Source: Octopus vulgaris (Eukaryota). From it: a stretch of DNA of 64,000 nt. Numbering within the stretch: the stretch's first letter is position 1; every line of letters begins with the position of its first letter. The notes beneath the pieces were generated by a model that was not told the DNA's origin, made no database searches, and saw nothing but the letters and a program-made list of their open reading frames with translations. Position numbers and translations under genes: made by a program. Positions 1-12,041 of the stretch are shown here, one piece after another. The DNA lies in NCBI GenBank assembly GCA_951406725.2, contig OX597817.1:137020001-137084000 (forward strand), read 5' to 3'.

Positions 1-196
1 TTTCTTAAAAAAAACCCAATTTGCTAAGCAGAGTTACATTTGTGATATTTCCCCCACGTTACAACACTCTAGGATTACTTAATGAAACCCCTGTACCTAA
101 ACCGTAAATCTCCTTAATTCGCATTTATAATCGATCAACAATTGTAGATTTTAAGATTTCTACATCTTCACCAAACTCAAATAGACACTCTGTGTA

Positions 197-560
<364 letters not shown>

Positions 561-1652
561 CGTATGTATGTATGCATGTGTGCATGAATATATGTGTGTC
601 GTTATGTCGTCTTTACATGCAAGTGGTGTTCTGTATGTATGAATGTATGTGTATGTATATGTGTATGTATGCGGTCTATACATGTGTGTGGTGTGAGTTT
701 AAAGGACCGAAGTCGGGTGGATTAGTGGTGTGAAAGCCAATAATCTTTATCGATAGGTTAAATATGTAAAGTGGTTTCATATGTTGTCGTCCAACTGAGT
801 TTCCGGAGAGGTCGGCGCTATGGAGGCCCATCACTCTCGTTTTCGTCGTCGCGAAATCTAATAATCAATGGACAACGGATCAATGAAATTACAACAACGA
901 CAGCAACAACAGCAACAAAATCATTAAACAGTGATGAGATTAAATGCCCCTAACACCACCACCACCACCACCACCATCACCACCACCGCCAACTACAACA
1001 GCAACAGCAACATCCACTACAACCGTAATAGCAGCGATAATAACAGCAACATCATTAAATAGTTGCAAGACTAAATGCCTAAAATATTACCACCCCCATA
1101 CACCCAATCCCACCCTCACCATCACTGCAACCATCACAAGCACCACTACCACCACCACCAACAACAACAATAACAACAACGGCAACAGTATTGTAAACAT
1201 GAAATCTGTGGAGTGAGTGATTGTCCTATAAAATATTTGAGACATACAATATTTAGTTTGGTTCTTTACCGAACTGAGTTCGAATCCGTTGGAGCTGATT
1301 TTGCTTTATCTCCCACCTGGGTCGATCAAATGAAAATATGTTCTTGACACAGAAAGAGTGGAGGTAAATTCTATGGCCGAAATCTTTCATTGTCGCCCAC
1401 TGACTCTTTTCAACATCTTTCATTGTAAGGAATATTCGTAAACACAATGGGACGGTATGAAGGAACAACTAGAAAAATTCTATAGTTGAGAAGCAGAGGA
1501 GGAGGAGGGGGTGAGGAGTGGGAAGGAAAAGGGGATAAGTTTTTAGGCATTTCAAGACTGATGGGAGTAAACTATTTTCGGGCCAGAGATCTTGTCTGAA
1601 TTCTTGCTAGGGTCAGATGGGAGTATGAAACCGGACTACATATTGGCTCTCA

Positions 1653-1796
1653 ACAGGTAATTATTTCATCGAACCCGAAAGGATGAAGAAGGGAAAGTCG
1701 ATTTTGCCGCCATTTGAACTCAGAACGTAAAGACAAATGAAATGTCACTAAGCGCTTTGTCCGGACTGCAAACGATTCAACCGGCGCGATGCCTTA
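1653..1796 (-). mobile_element. SINE family C copy (diverged, partial)
   Basis: Shares ttatttcatcga...gaaaggatgaa...aaagtcga...tttgaactcagaacgtaaagac with the copies at 59953 and 61013. Confidence 0.8.
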
Positions 1797-2324
1797 AACC
1801 GGACCACATATTAAACTAAGAACTGTCGATGGAACAAAATGTAGCCCCCCCCCCCGCCAACATTTACGACGTAGTTTTTTTAAATTTCTGGCTTGAAATA
1901 AATTCATTTTCTTTGTGCTACCATTTATAAAGAGATAAACCTCACAAATTCCCATTTTCCATCTCTAAAAATGTATTGATTTTGTGGTGTCGAGTCAAAA
2001 ATAAAGAACCGCAATAATAATAATTTAATTATTAATATATCTAATTATTAATATATTTAATACATAAAACATCAGGAAAATGGTTAATATTGTTTTGTTT
2101 CGATAAGGGAAAGAAAATCTGGTAATATTTCGGTTTAATGATCTCAGTATCAATGTGTAGGCATCATGGTACCTACCGAAATAATGGTACAGCGACCAAC
2201 TACAGGGTGCAACAGTAAAACCTCTCATATTTTCACGGCCACAGGAGCGTTGCAAGAGAAGTAAGGCAAGCGGTAATGGTGTCTTCATGCAGATGTTTTT
2301 CTGTTTTTCTTGTTTTTTTTTGTG

Positions 2325-2430
2325 TGTAGACTGGTGGTTAGGGTGTTGCACTCACGATCGCCAGAACGTGGTTTCGATTCCCGTACCGGGCAGCATGTTG
2401 TGTTGTTGAGTAAAACGTTGCTCTAGCGCT
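2325..2430 (+). mobile_element. tRNA-derived SINE head fragment
   Basis: A-box-like tggtggttaggg and B-box-like ggtttcgattccc; similar to the heads at 12423 and 33944. Confidence 0.65.
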
Positions 2431-2676
2431 GTGTGGGGATCAGCTTGTCAAAGAATAGACCTAATGTTTCCTTTGCATGTTGTAAAAGGCGACTAAAAGA
2501 GGTTGCGGTTGAGTAGGGAACCACCAACAACTGTTGGATGCAGCGACGTGCTGTTGCAGCGCATACCTCCCTACTACTACTACTACTACTACTACTACCG
2601 TGGTTTAGAGTGGTACACATCGCGTGTTTGGCGGTGAAATGTTTATCAAGAATCTCGGAAGGAATTTGGTACAAAT

Positions 2677-2825
2677 AGGCGCAGGCTCTGTGGTATAGAA
2701 ATTTGCTTCCCAGCCACATGGTTCCGGGTTCAGTCCCACAGCGTGGCACCTTGCGCAAGTGTCTTCTACTATAGTCCCGGGCCGACCAAAGCTTTATTAG
2801 GGGATTTGGAGATGAAAACTGAAAC
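2677..2825 (+). mobile_element. SINE family A, 5' part
   Basis: aggcgcagg...tgtggta...ggttccgggttcagtccca...ggccgaccaaagc matches the copy at 10657. Confidence 0.85.
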
Positions 2826-2857
2826 CAGAACCATATCGTTGGGAAGCAAGCATGTTA

Positions 2858-2895
<38 letters not shown>

Positions 2896-2957
2896 CACAT
2901 CACAAACATATACGTCACAAACACACACATCATACACACACATGCATTCAATATCGG

Positions 2958-3135
2958 ACAATGTGCAAAGCAACGTTAAATCTCTTTACGTTGTGAGTTC
3001 AAATCCCGCCGAGGTCAACTTGTTCTTCCATCATCTCGGAATCGATAAAATAAGATACCAGTGAAATATGGGAACGGTGGCGGTCAACAAAATCCCTCCT
3101 CACAAAATTTCAGATTTCGTACTTTCGTTAGAAAT
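2958..3135 (+). mobile_element. SINE family C copy (partial)
   Basis: gagttcaaatcccgccgaggtcaact...tcgataaaataag matches the copy at 50127. Confidence 0.75.
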
Positions 3136-3789
3136 AGTTATTAGATTATTAACCCTGTCAGGCCTCATTCCCGCCTTAGCAGGAATGTGTTAAAGGTCAT
3201 CTCTACCGGATTCTTGGATGCCGGATAATGAACAACACACGTAGATAAAGAAGATGCAGCCGATTCCGTCCATTAGTTTTCTTGCAATCGTTACTCTTAA
3301 ACTGTATATGTAACTAGTTTTTTTTTGTCTTTGTTTTTTGCTTGGAAACCCAGGTTGGGGGTAAAGTTAGACATAAGGGTCAAGATCTGAGAGGGTTGAA
3401 ACAATATACCCACAGTCACACCAACAATTCTACAGCGACCACCACCACCAATATCAACAACAAGAGACAAAAATGTTTCAGTCTTTCTATAACGGCGATT
3501 ATTATTTCTCTTCCATTTTTAAAACTTCTTTTTAGAATTTCTTCATGGCCAAACTGGAGCACCTCCTTTATCTGATTTTAAACAAAAAACACCATATCCT
3601 TCACATTAGAGACAATTTTTTAAAAAGTCTTCAACACCCTCTCCTCTCTCTACGTCCATCCTCCTCCATCTTCTCCTCGTCTACCTCATCATCCTCTTCT
3701 GCCTCCTGCCCCTTCCTTATATACCATATTCCAAACTCCACAATTCTTCCATCTTGTTGCCATTTTTTTCTTCTCTCTCTAAATCGTTT

Positions 3790-3826
<37 letters not shown>

Positions 3827-4218
3827 GTCAAGAATAAATGAAATATTCTCTTTCCTTCCTTCCTTCCTCCCTTTCTTTCTTTCTTTCTTTCTTTCTTTCC
3901 TCCCTTTCTTTCTTTCTTTCCTCCTTTCTTTCTTTCCTCCTTTCTTTCTTTCTTGCTTTCTTTTATATATATCTCTCTCCGTTCTTTCACCTCTTTCTTA
4001 CTTTTCCTTCTTTCCTTCTATTTTGTCCTCCTTTTCACTCATTCCCTCATTCCATCATTATTTTTCTTTCCCCATCAATTCTCCTCTCTCTTCACCCTAC
4101 CACCCATTCCCAATCCACTTCACATCACGTGATCTGCAGTCGACAATTTTGATGTTTAAAAACACATTTTCAATTTCAAGTATTTGTTTTATGTTTTTAT
4201 TGTCCAAGTTCAACACTT

Positions 4219-4297
4219 CTTTCTTCTTCTTCTTCTTCTTCTTCTTCTTCTTCTTCTTCTTCTTCTTCTTCTTCTTCTTCTTCTTTTTCTTCTTCTT
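4219..4297. repeat. (CTT)n microsatellite
   Basis: Directly visible; a complementary (AAG)n array lies at 4785-4863. Confidence 0.98.
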
Positions 4298-4378
4298 TAT
4301 AAACATCCTTTCACTTCTCCACAATAATCAGTGTCACCAAACTAAGAACACGCACACACACACAGCTCACACACACAG

Positions 4379-4430
<52 letters not shown>

Positions 4431-4862
4431 ACACACATTCCCTCCAACACCCACTCATTTGTCGTCTCTCCCTTAGCCTCTCTCTGTCATTTTTGTTACT
4501 CACAATCTATATTCAAATACAGTTTCACTCAAATGCTATCACATCCTTATCAACAAATCTCTGCGTTTCTCTTCCGTCCATCTTTTCTCCAACATTTCTT
4601 CCCGTTCACTCCACTCTCATCCATAGTTGCTGTCCCCTCTCTTAACTAATGTCCTCATCAGCATCTGTTGCCTGTTAAATTCTTCGGTGAATCTTCTACA
4701 CATGAATATTTCTCTTTTCACATAAACTTCCTTCTAAAATAACTCTCTCTCCGCTTTCTTACACGAGTTTATCAACTTTTTGATAAAGAAGAAGAAGAAG
4801 AAGAAGAAGAAGAAGAAGAAGAAGAAGAAGAAGGAGAAGAAGAAGAAGAAGAAGAAGAAGAA

Positions 4863-5045
4863 GATACAGGAGGATCTGTTAATTATTATTTTAATCACCA
4901 TATATCCCTCTCAGATTTACACACTTATTGCATCAGTCCTTCAGTTTTTCTCAGCATTGTAAAGGAACTCGGAAGGTTGGGCCTCCAACCAAGCCTTCCA
5001 CGATACCCTTAAAGCCAGGAACTTTTCTGCAACCCATCGCGTGTA
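4863..5045 (+). mobile_element. Mariner-type MITE, left end lost
   Basis: Colinear with the copy at 46563-46788; right end agccaggaacttttctgcaacccatcgcgtgta. Confidence 0.7.
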
Positions 5046-5048
5046 TGC

Positions 5049-5104
<56 letters not shown>

Positions 5105-5199
5105 TGTAATAAATAAAATATATGCATACATACAAACATATATGTACGTACCTACATCTACATGTATATATACATGCATATATAAATATATATACGTGT

Positions 5200-5532
5200 G
5201 TACAGGACACCACAAATAGACGTAGAACTCAACGAGAAACGAAAACGTAAAAACAGCATGGAACGGACCATTCCTTTAACAACGAAAAAGCAGGGTACAA
5301 GACAACTACACAAGGAAAAATCCCTTTCATCAGCCGTCCCTAGTTCAACTCCAGCGTGTTTCGAAGGTGAGGACAGAACACGTCTCGTCGAACTATTCCT
5401 TCCTGCGAAAGAATCAAATAAAATTCCTTTGCAGAGGGGTAAAAACAAGGGAAAAAAATGTCACAAAAACAGGACGTAAAAACAATACAATTAAAAACAA
5501 ATACAAAATAAAAAACAATTACAAGAAATACA

Positions 5533-5533
<1 letters not shown>
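5200..5533 (-). mobile_element. Penelope-like (pLTR-type) fragment between TA arrays
   Basis: TA arrays on both sides; minus strand has TTCGAAACACG and CTGATGAAAGG motifs typical of PLE termini. Confidence 0.45.
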
Positions 5534-5574
<41 letters not shown>

Positions 5575-5576
<2 letters not shown>

Positions 5577-6048
5577 TTTATCTCTTACTGGTTTCGGCCA
5601 GGGCTGAGGCCATGCTGGTGCACCACCTGTAGTTATTCGTTGTTGTTTCCAGTATTGCTTTTTGGTGAAGTAGTGAATTGGACGGAGCTGCTGTTTGTTG
5701 CATCTCCTGCCGCAATGTGGGTTCATCTGGTATCTCAGATAGAAGCCTGTCTGGACGTTAACTGAAAACTTCCACATCAACACCATGTAGATCTCTAAGG
5801 TTGCCTGGAAAGATGTTGAACAATTGCGGGCCCTTGAAACCCAGACTATTGCAGTACTGTGTCCTTATTTTAGATGAAGAAGAAAGTGGGATCTAAGTTC
5901 AGTACTTATTCTGTCGGTCTTTTACCAAACCACTAAGATACGGAGACATATACAAACCTACACCGGTTGTAGTGTGGACAAAGACGAATACACACACATG
6001 CATACACATTTATACATACATACATACATACATACATACATACATACA

Positions 6049-6079
<31 letters not shown>

Positions 6080-6221
6080 TCGAGACGGTCTTCTACCACA
6101 GTTTCCCTCTACGAAATCCCAAGGCATTGGCCGTCCGAGACCATAGTTGTACAGCGGAGCTTAACTCGAAACCACGTAGTTACAAAGGGAGATTGTTAAC
6201 CACACAGCCATGCCTGTGCCT
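5575..6221 (-). mobile_element. SINE family A copy, split by a LINE fragment
   Basis: 3' tail at 5575-5627 (ggccatgctggtgcaccacc); body and head at 5895-6221 with internal (CATA)n. Confidence 0.8.
5655..5885 (-). mobile_element. CR1/L2-group LINE ORF2 C-terminal fragment
   Basis: Minus strand reads roughly IRTQYCNSLGFKGPQLFNIFPGNLRDLHGVDVEVF...LLSEIPDEP...SNSLLHQ, a typical ORF2 C-terminus. Confidence 0.75.
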
Positions 6222-7797
6222 AAACTAAATGTTGTATATGTTGCAAGACGTATACATAATATCGACGAGTAGAAATGGCTAAAGTGTATAAGTTGCGACA
6301 TTATTATGGTTAATACGGCATAAAAGGAGGGCTGGGGAAGTGTAGTGCGGGTGGAGTTTGAAATTTGAAATAGCTAGGAGTTACTAAGTAAATTTTTGTA
6401 CAAGTTATAGTTAGATATGGTTAAATATGTTGTGCCTGGGGAGAGTCATTTTCTTTTTGTGCCTTATAATTTAACACACTCAGCAGTAAAGAATCTTGCA
6501 AACCAGATCCCAAAACGAGATGATTAAATATGTTTTTTTTTATTTAAAAGCTTTATAAAGAATTTAAAAAGATGTACATATAAACAAGTATTATCTAAGT
6601 GGATATGAATTTGGTATAAACCTGTTTTAATGCTTCTGTATTTGCAAAAGATTATTTTATTCTGTTTATTAAGAAGAGGGGATTTGGCAAAGAGTATTGC
6701 CAAGCTCTGCAAGACGTTTTGTTTCTTGTATATGATTTAAATCGAGACAAAACATTCAATTTCAAAATGTAAAATAGGTGACATTTTGCGATTGGCTGAT
6801 AAATGGGGCTAGAAAAATATTTGTGACTTTTGTTATAGCTTTTTCTAATAATCTTCACTATCAATTGTAATTTCATTCCGCCAAATATGTTCTCCGCGAA
6901 CCAGTTGCATTTTTAGTCATGTACTGCAGCAATGTGCTGTACAATGTAAGAATTCTTCTTACGTCGGTCCCATATCAATTTTTTTTTTAAATACGCTTCA
7001 ATAATCAATACGCTTCAATAATCATAATCATACTTTCAGATTCCCTGACGTACGTCCAGAAAATGTTCGCCTGAGAATTAAAAACAAACTGACAATACTT
7101 TATCTTCCTATTTTGCCGACTATATCATTTGCATCACTAATAATGTCATAGACTGCATTAAATCTTAACTTTGTAAAGAATTATACGTTAGCTAAACTGG
7201 TCGACGCACCACATACCGATTCCATAAGTACTTTCTTAATGTACATTACAACTTCACGGTCCACCTAAGCATGTGAATCAGTATTTCAGCGACCCAAGCC
7301 AGACCAACCTCTCGATCTTCGGATTACTTTAACACCACGGATTCTCTTCCATCAACGGAGTTCATGAGCGAAGGCACACTTTCACATTGGGAACGTCTTC
7401 TTCTCGCGGTGTCAATCACAAATCACATTTCTGTTTCTCTGAAAGCCTCCCTATCTGTTCATATGCACGAACATTGACAGGACTCATAGTCTCATCAGGC
7501 TCCAAACGTTTCCTGCGTTTTGGGTGCGGTTCACAACACTGTAACTACCGCCCTTTTGCCAAGGATTGTCAATATGTATATATTCTGAATCAAAAATGTG
7601 TGCGTGTGAGTGTGTGCCTAAGTATCTATGAATGTATACGTATTTATATGCGGGCATGTGTGTATGTATATGTGGATATAAATGTATGTATATATATGCA
7701 TACATATGTATATATATATGCATACATATGTATATATATATATGCATACATATGTATATATATATATGCATACATATGTATATATATATATGCATAC

Positions 7798-7833
<36 letters not shown>

Positions 7834-8150
7834 GCATAAACCAATGCAAAATGACACATGGATATATATATAAGAACATATATATCGAATTAACCAGATA
7901 AACATACACGCGCGCGCGCACACACTCACACATACGCATACTCACACACTCACACACACATACATGCAAACACACACACCTGTGCAGAGAATCACAGAAC
8001 GTGGAAGTATCAAACAATAGTCGTGTTCTTGAAGCGGTAATGGTATTTTGGATCTCGTTGCCATGCATGCGTATGAGTGTATTTAACTACATAATGTGTA
8101 TGTGTGTGTGTATGTGCGTGTGCGCGCACGTGTTTGCGTACGTGTGTGAG

Positions 8151-8181
<31 letters not shown>

Positions 8182-8214
8182 CTGTGTGTGTATGTGAAGT
8201 TAAATCGATAGTTC

Positions 8215-8279
<65 letters not shown>

Positions 8280-8394
8280 TCTCTCTCAGATTCACACCCG
8301 ATCATTACAATGGATTAAGAGGACAGCTGGAAAATTGCAAAAGGCTTCACTCAGCTTCGATTCAGCTTTAATTATTATTGCTATCAAATATTAC

Positions 8395-8409
8395 CCAATA
8401 GATGGCAGC
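8395..8409 (+). promoter_or_regulatory. CTCF-like motif CCAATAGATGGCAGC
   Basis: One mismatch to CCASYAGRKGGCRS; a single motif with no functional evidence. Confidence 0.25.
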
Positions 8410-8883
8410 ACGGCACAAATACGAAGAAGGATTTCATAAAAGAAGACACGAAATATCTTCGTTCAAAAAGGTATAGAAATATGTAAATATAATAAGGAAA
8501 GAAAGAAAATGTTAAAGATATAAAAAAAACGAAACCGAAACGAAAGGAATTGGTAATTTGTGGAAAATCTCGCCAGCTGCATCTCTCTTTTTTTTACATA
8601 CTTCGGTTAGTTTCTAAGAAAACCGTTTAATTATAATACTAGGAATATTATCCACAATGTCTCAAGTTGTTAATCTGTCTTCCTCTCTCTCTCTTTCCTC
8701 TTCTCTATACACCTGTCCCCTTCTCCACCTCCCCCTTGTGTATCTTGTTTCTATTTTTCACTCATTCAACTCAAAATAGCTTCATTTTTTTTTTCGTTTG
8801 TTTGTTTGTGTTTTGCCGGCAATCATATAAAAAGAAACACACAAAAAAAGAAAAACACCAACATCACCCAAAAAGACTATCGA

Positions 8884-9140
8884 AACCACCACCACCACCA
8901 CCACCACCACCACCACTGTCACCATCACTACCACCACCACCACCACCACCACCACCACCGCTATCTCCACCACCGCCGCCGCTGTCACCACCACCACCAC
9001 CACCGCCGCCGCTGCCACTGTCACCACCACCACCACCACCACCACCGCTATAGCCACCACCACCCCCGCTGTCACCACCGCCACCGCCGCCGCCGCCACC
9101 ACCACCACCACCACCGCCGTCGGCGCCGCTACCACCACAG
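8884..9140. repeat. Interrupted (CCA/CCG)n low-complexity array
   Basis: Directly visible; recurring ccgctgtca interruptions. Confidence 0.95.
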
Positions 9141-9504
9141 ATGCTGCCGCCTCCCTTAATCGTACCATCGGACGACTTGTTCAATAGTAAGATCGCCAAT
9201 AATCAATGCTATCTCTGACTCCGACGCTAAAGAAGTTATGTCATTCTTGTACAAAACGAAAAACTCCAGAAACTTTTCTCTTTTTTTTTTCCTGGATTTT
9301 TTTTCCTTGATTTATAATGTGTTTTGTTTCGTAATTATATTTATTCCATCGCTTATTTATAATTCGAAGTTTCAGGTGACCATTTAGGATGACCAGCGAA
9401 CAGAAATTCGCCACAATATCATATTGACATATTTTATCACCCTAGATCAGTGGTTCCCAACCCTTTCATTTAAATGTATTTTCCCGCAGACCCCTTTTAA
9501 TATG

Positions 9505-9560
<56 letters not shown>

Positions 9561-9562
<2 letters not shown>

Positions 9563-10066
9563 TAATACTAAGTAATTAAGGGTTTAGCAACGAATTGCCT
9601 CACCAACACACCGAATTTAGAAATAGCAGTCAAAGAGATATAGCTATTCCTTCTACTAAAAGGGGGATCTCAGTAAAAACACAGCACTTGAAAGGCAAAC
9701 ACAGACAGGTAAGAAAGAAAGAATGAAATGACGGCAATCTATCATACAATTTTAAGTTACCTACGGACGTACGTTTCGAGATCAAGTTTTAGGAGACCAT
9801 AGGTAAAGTAGAATTTTCTAATTCTTATGCTCTCCTAAAACTTGATCTCGAAACGTACGTCCGTAGGTAACTTAAAATTGTATGATAGATTGCCGTCATT
9901 TCATTCTTTCTTTCTTACCTGTCTGTGTTTGCCTTTCAAGTGCTGTGTTTTTACTGAGATCCCCCTTTTAGTAGAAGGAATAGCTATATCTCTTTGACTG
10001 CTATTTCTAAATTCGGTGTGTTGGTGAGGCAATTCGTTGCTAAACCCTTAATTACTTAGTATTACT
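9561..10066. repeat. 506-bp palindrome: 236-bp arms (9561-9796 and 9831-10066) with 34-bp spacer
   Basis: Arms read as exact reverse complements by eye (agtaatactaagtaattaagg... / ...ccttaattacttagtattact). Confidence 0.97.
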
Positions 10067-10182
10067 TAAATTTTCCTCGAATGGGGCTTTTACATGCCGA
10101 AATCTACTTGGTGTAATTGATAATTATTCCAAATTAATTAATTTCACCCTTTATTATTACTATATATATATATGTATATATA

Positions 10183-10253
<71 letters not shown>

Positions 10254-10256
10254 CAT

Positions 10257-10452
10257 AGTTGAAATTTAGAGAAAAACAAAAGACGAAGACAGGTGTGTAA
10301 ACAACAAGCTGGTGTATTTGTTTGATGCTCGGGAAGGAGAGAAAGCCTTTTACGTTTCGAGCCTACGCTCTTCAACAGAAAGGAACACGAGGAAATAAAC
10401 AGAGAAAGGATTTTAAAAAAACTTTTGGAGTTAGCGGTCAATCATGGCGTCT
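10257..10452 (-). mobile_element. Penelope-like short element with hammerhead-like motif
   Basis: Homologous to 45108-45259; minus strand CTGTTGAAGAGCGTAGGCTCGAAACGTA; TA arrays on both sides. Confidence 0.6.
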
Positions 10453-10656
10453 GATATATATATATACATGGAAATAAGTATATGGATTGATGGAAAACCT
10501 CTATAAATGGCTGATGATTGCTCAACATTTTAAAACTGTTGTAATACTTACAATGTTTAATAAAATGATGTTGCGTGAAACGATCGTACCAAATTATCGA
10601 AGATATTCTTGTTGCTTATTTTGATTATATATATAAATAAATATATATATATATAT

Positions 10657-10814
10657 CAGGAGTGGCTATGTGGTAGGTAGCTTGCTTACCAACCACATCG
10701 TTCCGGGTGCAGTTCCACTGCGTGGCACCTTGGGCAAGTATCTTCTACTATAGCCTCGGACCGACCAAAGCCTTGTGAGTAGATTTGGTAGACGGAAATT
10801 GAAAGAAGCCCGTC

Positions 10815-10857
<43 letters not shown>

Positions 10858-10869
10858 TGTGTATGTGTG

Positions 10870-10924
<55 letters not shown>

Positions 10925-11123
10925 TTGTGTGTCTGTGTATGTCCCCCAATATCACTTGACAACCGATGCTGGTGTGTTTATATTCCCGTAACTTAGCGGT
11001 TCGGCAAAAGAGACCGATAGAATAAGTACTAAGCTTACAAAGAATAAGTCCTGGGGCCGATTTGCTCGACTAAAGGCGGTGCTCCATCATGGCCACATTC
11101 AAATGACGGAAACGAGTAAAAGA

Positions 11124-11124
<1 letters not shown>
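10657..11124 (+). mobile_element. SINE family A, near full length, with internal (TA)n(TG)n
   Basis: tRNA-like head with A/B boxes, central microsatellite, conserved 3' half ending gaaacgagtaaaagag; eight copies in the window. Confidence 0.92.
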
Positions 11125-11178
<54 letters not shown>

Positions 11179-11413
11179 TTTGAATTTAGCTCACGGACCC
11201 CCAGCACAACTTTTGCGAACCACCAGGGGTCCGTGAACCCCAGGCTGGGAACCACTTACATAGAAGAATGTTAAATATACACATAAAGATAAGCATATTA
11301 AAAGGGGACCGTGAAAAAACTTATTTAAATAAAAGGTTTGGGAGCCATCGTTAGGAACCATTCTTCTAGGTTGATAAAATATGTCAATATAATATTGGGC
11401 CAAATTTCACGCA

Positions 11414-11830
11414 TACTCTTTTGCTATTTTACTTGTTTCAGTCATATGACTGTGGCCATGCTGGAGCATCGCCTTTAGTCGAGCAAATCGACCGCAGGAC
11501 CTATTCTTTGTAAGCCAAGTTCTTATCCTATCGGTCCCTTTTGCCGAACGGCTTAGTTACAGGGACGTAAACACACCAGCATCGGTTGTCAAGCGATGGT
11601 GGGTGGGGGAACAAACACAGACACACAAACATATACACACACATTCATATATATACATATATACGACGGGCTTCTTTCAGTTTCCGTCTACCAGTTTCCG
11701 ACCACTCACAAGGCTTTGGTAGGCCCAAGGCTATAGTAGAAGACACTTGCCTAAGGTGCCACGCAGTGAGACTGAACCCGGAACCATGTGGTTGGCAAGC
11801 AAGCTACTGACCACACAGCCATTCCTGCAC
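11414..11830 (-). mobile_element. SINE family A, near full length
   Basis: Reverse-complement homolog of 10657-11124. Confidence 0.92.
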
Positions 11831-12041
11831 ATGATAGCCTTTCCTACAAATATATTTTCATTTGAGATATGGTCAACAGTGAACTATTGTGAGAGATTGT
11901 TAAAAATGTATATTTGCGACAGAAGTAGTATTAACACCTAGGGGTAATATATATATATATATACTCCCTCTTAAATCCATGTTTAAGTGGAGTAAAATAT
12001 TGTGAGAGGGGCAGATTGCTTAGTTCGGATATTCTGGCATA

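Larger units (their letters stand above)
9448..11257 (+). mobile_element. hAT (Charlie-like) MITE expanded by nested insertions
   Basis: TIRs cagtggttcccaacc / ggctgggaaccact(t); subterminal cacggacccc...ggggtccgtg; 8-bp flanks ccctagat and acatagaa (5/8 match, TAGA core). Confidence 0.65.

Noticed and set aside
3825-4649. 274-aa Phe/Ser-rich ORF
   Set aside because: Polypyrimidine and (CTT)n low complexity.
4219-4863. Opposed (CTT)n and (AAG)n arrays as TIRs of an element
   Set aside because: No shared unique sequence or TSD; chance proximity is likely at this microsatellite density.
7478-7516. Minus-strand GAAACGTT...CTGATGA-GACT-atg-AGTC as a hammerhead
   Set aside because: No GAAA after the hairpin and no room for stem I in the alternative topology.
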